From the NCBI RefSeq assembly GCF_009914755.1, contig NC_060942.1: a stretch of DNA of 64,000 nt. One strand, written 5' to 3'. Positions within the stretch are counted from its first letter, which is position 1, and the number at the start of each line of letters is the position of its first letter. Below the pieces are notes generated by a model. It made no database searches, was not told the DNA's origin, and saw only the letters and a list, made by a program, of their open reading frames with translations. Positions 60,967-64,000 of the stretch are shown one piece after another. The DNA comes from the human T2T-CHM13v2.0 reference genome, Homo sapiens. The translations under genes and the position numbers were made by a program.

Positions 60967-62059
60967 TGTCGTATATCAGTACAATTTTAGAAGCAAATAG
61001 TTCTGTCTGGATATACCAGAAAAAGAAGTAATATTTGATGTGGGCCTTGGGATCACCAGAAAATAAGCTAGATTATGATGTAGTAAGACAAATAAATGAA
61101 GGAAGGAAATAGTAAGTCTTCATTTTCTGTGTGAGTGTGTATACATCTGTGAAAACATATTCTATTTTTAGCATTCTATAACAAAAAGATTGCTTTATGC
61201 CTTCTCGATCATAAAAGGAAGATGTGTACACTGCAGAAATAAAATAGATTTTTAAAAGCTCTGTATAGCTTGTTTATTAAGTTTACAAATTTTCTGCTTT
61301 TTTCTATTATTTTTCCATTTAGCTATTTAAAGTCAGATAGCATATATAATTCTACATTCTGACTTTTCCCATAAGCACTCTTATAAGTATTTTCCCATAT
61401 GATCTCCCATATGATTTAAGTTCCTTATAAGCATACTTATTGTTTGCTGCATTCATTGATGGATCTCTCTAACTTTGGAAATTTAAGATGTTTCTAATCT
61501 TTCACAAATGTGAATAATGCTCCATGACTATATATCTATATGTATATATATATATACATATATATATTTGCCCAAGTTTTTGATTATTTTAAGGATAGAT
61601 TTCCTCTGTGTAATAAAGAGAAAACTATTTTTATTTGTAAATAGTGCCACATGTCTTTGTAATCATGAAAAATTTCAGTGACAGTTCTATACTGCATCTT
61701 TTCCCTCTCAGCCAATAGATTATTAATTTTAGCACATCTGCAAAACGGTTAAATAAAACTTGACAGAGTTCTATTTGTATGGGTGAGTGCAACGATGTCA
61801 TTTTACCATTGTCTTTTTATGACTAAAAAATAAAATTAGTTTCTTGTTTTAAAAGTCATTTTTATTACTTTACATTCTATAGTCAACAGCAAAAAAAAAA
61901 AAAAAATCCATTTCTCAGATAAGGGCTGGTTTCCATCTTAGGAAGTAAATAGTAACAACAACTTGATAGAGTGATCAAGAGATATCAACCATCTTTATTT
62001 GTTGAGGCTCCCAATCTAAACTGGCTAAAGGACACTGGCTCGGTGTATCCCAACCTAAA

Positions 62060-62505
62060 CAGGTCTGTAACTTGAGACTTATTTAAAACTAACAGCGAGG
62101 GGCAAAAGTGATATTCTGTGACTTTGGAAGTCAGGTGACAACAAATGTTGTACCTTGTGCTTTTTCTGGTGGACATAAGAAATCTCACTATTCTGGGGCT
62201 ACCATGCTAGAAAGACAAAATTGGTACTCTGGTAAACAACTCAGCACGGGTCCTAGCCAATGGCCAGCATCCACTGTAAACCTTGTGAGTGCACCATCTT
62301 GGATGTCCAACCCAGCGAAGCCTTCAGATGACAGTGGCCTCTACCAGTATCTAATGCTAACTGTCTGAGAAACCAAAAAGGAAGAACTTCCAAGATAATA
62401 AGTCTTTCTCAAAGTCCTAATCTGTATTCATGATTAAAATAAAGTGTTTTTGTAAGTCTCTAAGTTTGGGGATAATTTTTAATGCAGTAACTATCATCAG
62501 AACAA
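62060..62505 (+). mobile_element. MLT1 (G/H-like) MaLR LTR
   Basis: CCAGCGAAGCCTTCAGATGACAGTGGCC...CTAAGTTTGGGGATAATTTTTAATGCAGTAA. Confidence 0.6.
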
Positions 62506-62668
62506 ACAAATATAAACTTAAAATAAATCTTTATACCTCTATATAAAATTTCAGACTATGTACATCTTCGCAAATACACTGAAATATATTATTTCTACCC
62601 CTCCTCACTTTTTAAACTCAAGTGGCTTAACACATAACTCTTGCTGGACTAGACCTTAAAGAATATTG

Positions 62669-62980
<312 letters not shown>

Positions 62981-64000
62981 AAGAATATTTATTTTACTTA
63001 CTAGCTCAGCTTCATCAAATAATTGATCAACTTCTGATAATCCCTCCAAGGACAAGTGCTGTCACTTAGTGACATAGTTTTGCCATCTTTGGGTGACTCT
63101 CAGTTTCTTCAAAAGTTCTTAGTTTTTATATTGAGCTCCATGTAGCTCTGATCCATTGGCCTTGGTTTTACTGCTCAATTACTTTAAAAAATATACCACC
63201 TCATTTGTGTCTAAAATTCAAATTGTTACTGTGACATTTCTCAAAATCATGAGGATATATAAGAGAAATAGAAAGCTTTGTGGGTAAAGCTATAAATAAA
63301 CTCACCTTCTGTGATTGTAGTTGCTTGCTAACCTATAGTTGTTTTTATTACCGTCCTTGCAACCCAAGTATAAACTAAAGGATCGAAATGCAATATGACT
63401 CAACCAAGAAATATCAAATGGAAATATTTATAAATTAAAAAGAAACACACACATACAAACAAAAAAGTAATTCACCAGTTGGTTTCAAAATAGGAGTTCA
63501 TTGAACATTAATTATTTGCTAGAGTTATGTATGCTTCTTTTATTAAGATTTATCTCAAATTGCTATTTAAAAACCTGCCAGAATCAACTATGAAGTGCAT
63601 GAATGTGTGAAGGTGACAAAAGTGTGTGTTTTTTTTTTAAATCGTTCCAATGTATAAAACTCCTAAAAATCGCTTTCAGTTAGTGCCTTTTGGAAAATAA
63701 GTTAGAAAAACAAGATCAACTAATTTACCATAATTTGAAGAGTGTGCTGACAGGACCATAAATGTTAGTAAAAATTCATATGCATACATGAGAATACAAA
63801 CCTGGATTTAATTATTTCATACTAAAAGAAGAGATGCACAATTTTATTTATGAAGTTCATATATGAACCCAATGTACTTTTGATAACTCTAAAAGCACTT
63901 CATATTGTACTTCCGCAATAATAAGTGCTTAACTACAGAATTTGTAATGACAGTTGGCTAAATGGAAAGTCTCATTGAAGATTACTATTTTCGATCTTCC

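Noticed and set aside
63300-63390. Possible minus-strand exon ending in AAG|GTGAGT near 63305
   Set aside because: Good donor but weak acceptor and no recognisable peptide; single motifs arise by chance.

Overview
This is hominoid, most likely human, nuclear DNA: it carries AluJ/S/Y, L1PA2-type and older L1M elements, L2, L3, MIR, MaLR LTRs and MER/Tigger elements. I find no intact cellular protein-coding exon, and almost all ORFs in the track are repeat-derived or chance frames. The main landmarks are: (1) a ~1.8 kb CpG island at ~26.2-28.0 kb with splice donors facing both ways, probably the non-coding first exon of a minus-strand gene that I cannot name plus a divergent transcript; (2) a decayed processed SMIM15 pseudogene at ~2.9-4.76 kb; (3) a processed Elongin C (ELOC) retrocopy at ~31.37-31.73 kb that has target-site duplications (TSDs) but no poly(A) tail, is cut at codon 77 and reads on into flanking DNA as a 105-aa chimeric ORF; (4) an essentially complete ~6 kb L1PA2-type element at 44.4-50.45 kb whose 5'UTR is almost entirely inverted, so its antisense promoter faces ORF1/ORF2 and its sense promoter faces the flank; (5) several replication or repair scars, including a 26-bp insertion that is an exact inverted copy of sequence ~1.3 kb away. 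I do not see a demonstrably new biological system. The best leads are the promoter-flipped L1, the tailless ELOC retrocopy and the templated insertion. Subfamily calls and boundaries of old repeats are by eye and approximate.
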